A DNA stretch of 64,000 nucleotides from Nannocystis bainbridge (GTDB lineage Bacteria > Myxococcota_A > Polyangia > Nannocystales > Nannocystaceae): NCBI RefSeq assembly GCF_028368995.1, contig NZ_JAQNDL010000001.1, forward strand, positions 3,200,001 to 3,264,000, written 5' to 3'. The translations under genes and the position numbers were made by a program. The notes beneath the pieces were generated by a model. The model had not been told where the DNA came from. It made no database searches and worked only from the letters and a program-made list of their open reading frames with translations. This document shows, piece by piece, positions 63,653 through 64,000 of the stretch. Positions within the stretch are counted from its first letter, which is position 1; each line of letters starts with the position of its first letter.

Positions 63653-64000
63653 CAGGCGGCCTCCGGCGAGAGCTTGAGCTCGGGGTGAGCGGCGCCGACG
63701 CGGGCGAGGGCGACCAGGCAGGCCGCGCGCTCGCTGGCGCCGCGCGAGCCCATGAATTCGACCAGCACCGGCCCGGCCAGCGCCGCGAACACGGCGTCGG
63801 CCTCGGCCAGGTCGCGCATCGCCTCGACCAGCGCCAGCTTGGCCTTGCGCGCCGGCAGCGGCCGCAGCTTCCTGGCCTTCGGGGCATGTTCTTCGGGCAA
63901 GGTCACGACCTCGGCGTCGGCCTGCTTGGCCTCCGCGCTCGGCTTGGTCGGCGGGATCGTGAACAGCAGCCGGCGCATGAAGTCGCGCAGCGCCTCACCC
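63652..64000 (-). CDS. C-terminal part of an upstream helical (ARM-like) protein; 5' end outside window
   Basis: Frame is open to the window edge; its TGA overlaps the HEAT gene ATG (TGATG). Confidence 0.75.

Overview
Very GC-rich bacterial chromosome segment. Gene content points to a myxobacterium, plausibly Nannocystis-like (inference from five Ser/Thr kinase-fold genes, Cys-rich lipoproteins, an ADYC protein and an Mx162-type reverse transcriptase). About 40 CDS are supported: an envelope glycosylation cluster, RNase HI, a thioredoxin/SpoIVB/beta-propeller operon, a hybrid PAS kinase, radC, an orphan DNA methyltransferase, a stand-alone PtuAB/Septu-like ATPase-HNH pair, an ABC-cNMP exporter next to a SET protein, a lower-GC lipoprotein cassette and an ECF sigma/kinase module. 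At the right end is a tightly packed minus-strand operon: partial ARM-like gene, 2230-aa WD40/HEAT protein, SWIM/WGR-like protein and retron RT (type XIII retron-like). It has no room for msr-msd upstream of the RT, and a 10-unit, ~38-bp hairpin array lies just downstream. The main unexplained signals are (i) a 14-bp palindrome TGTCC-N4-GGACA iterated across the window, both in head-to-tail intergenic arrays and inside CDSs via rare codons, and (ii) repeated tandem duplication of gene 3' ends next to these palindromes. All protein assignments come from motif recognition by eye; no database search was run.
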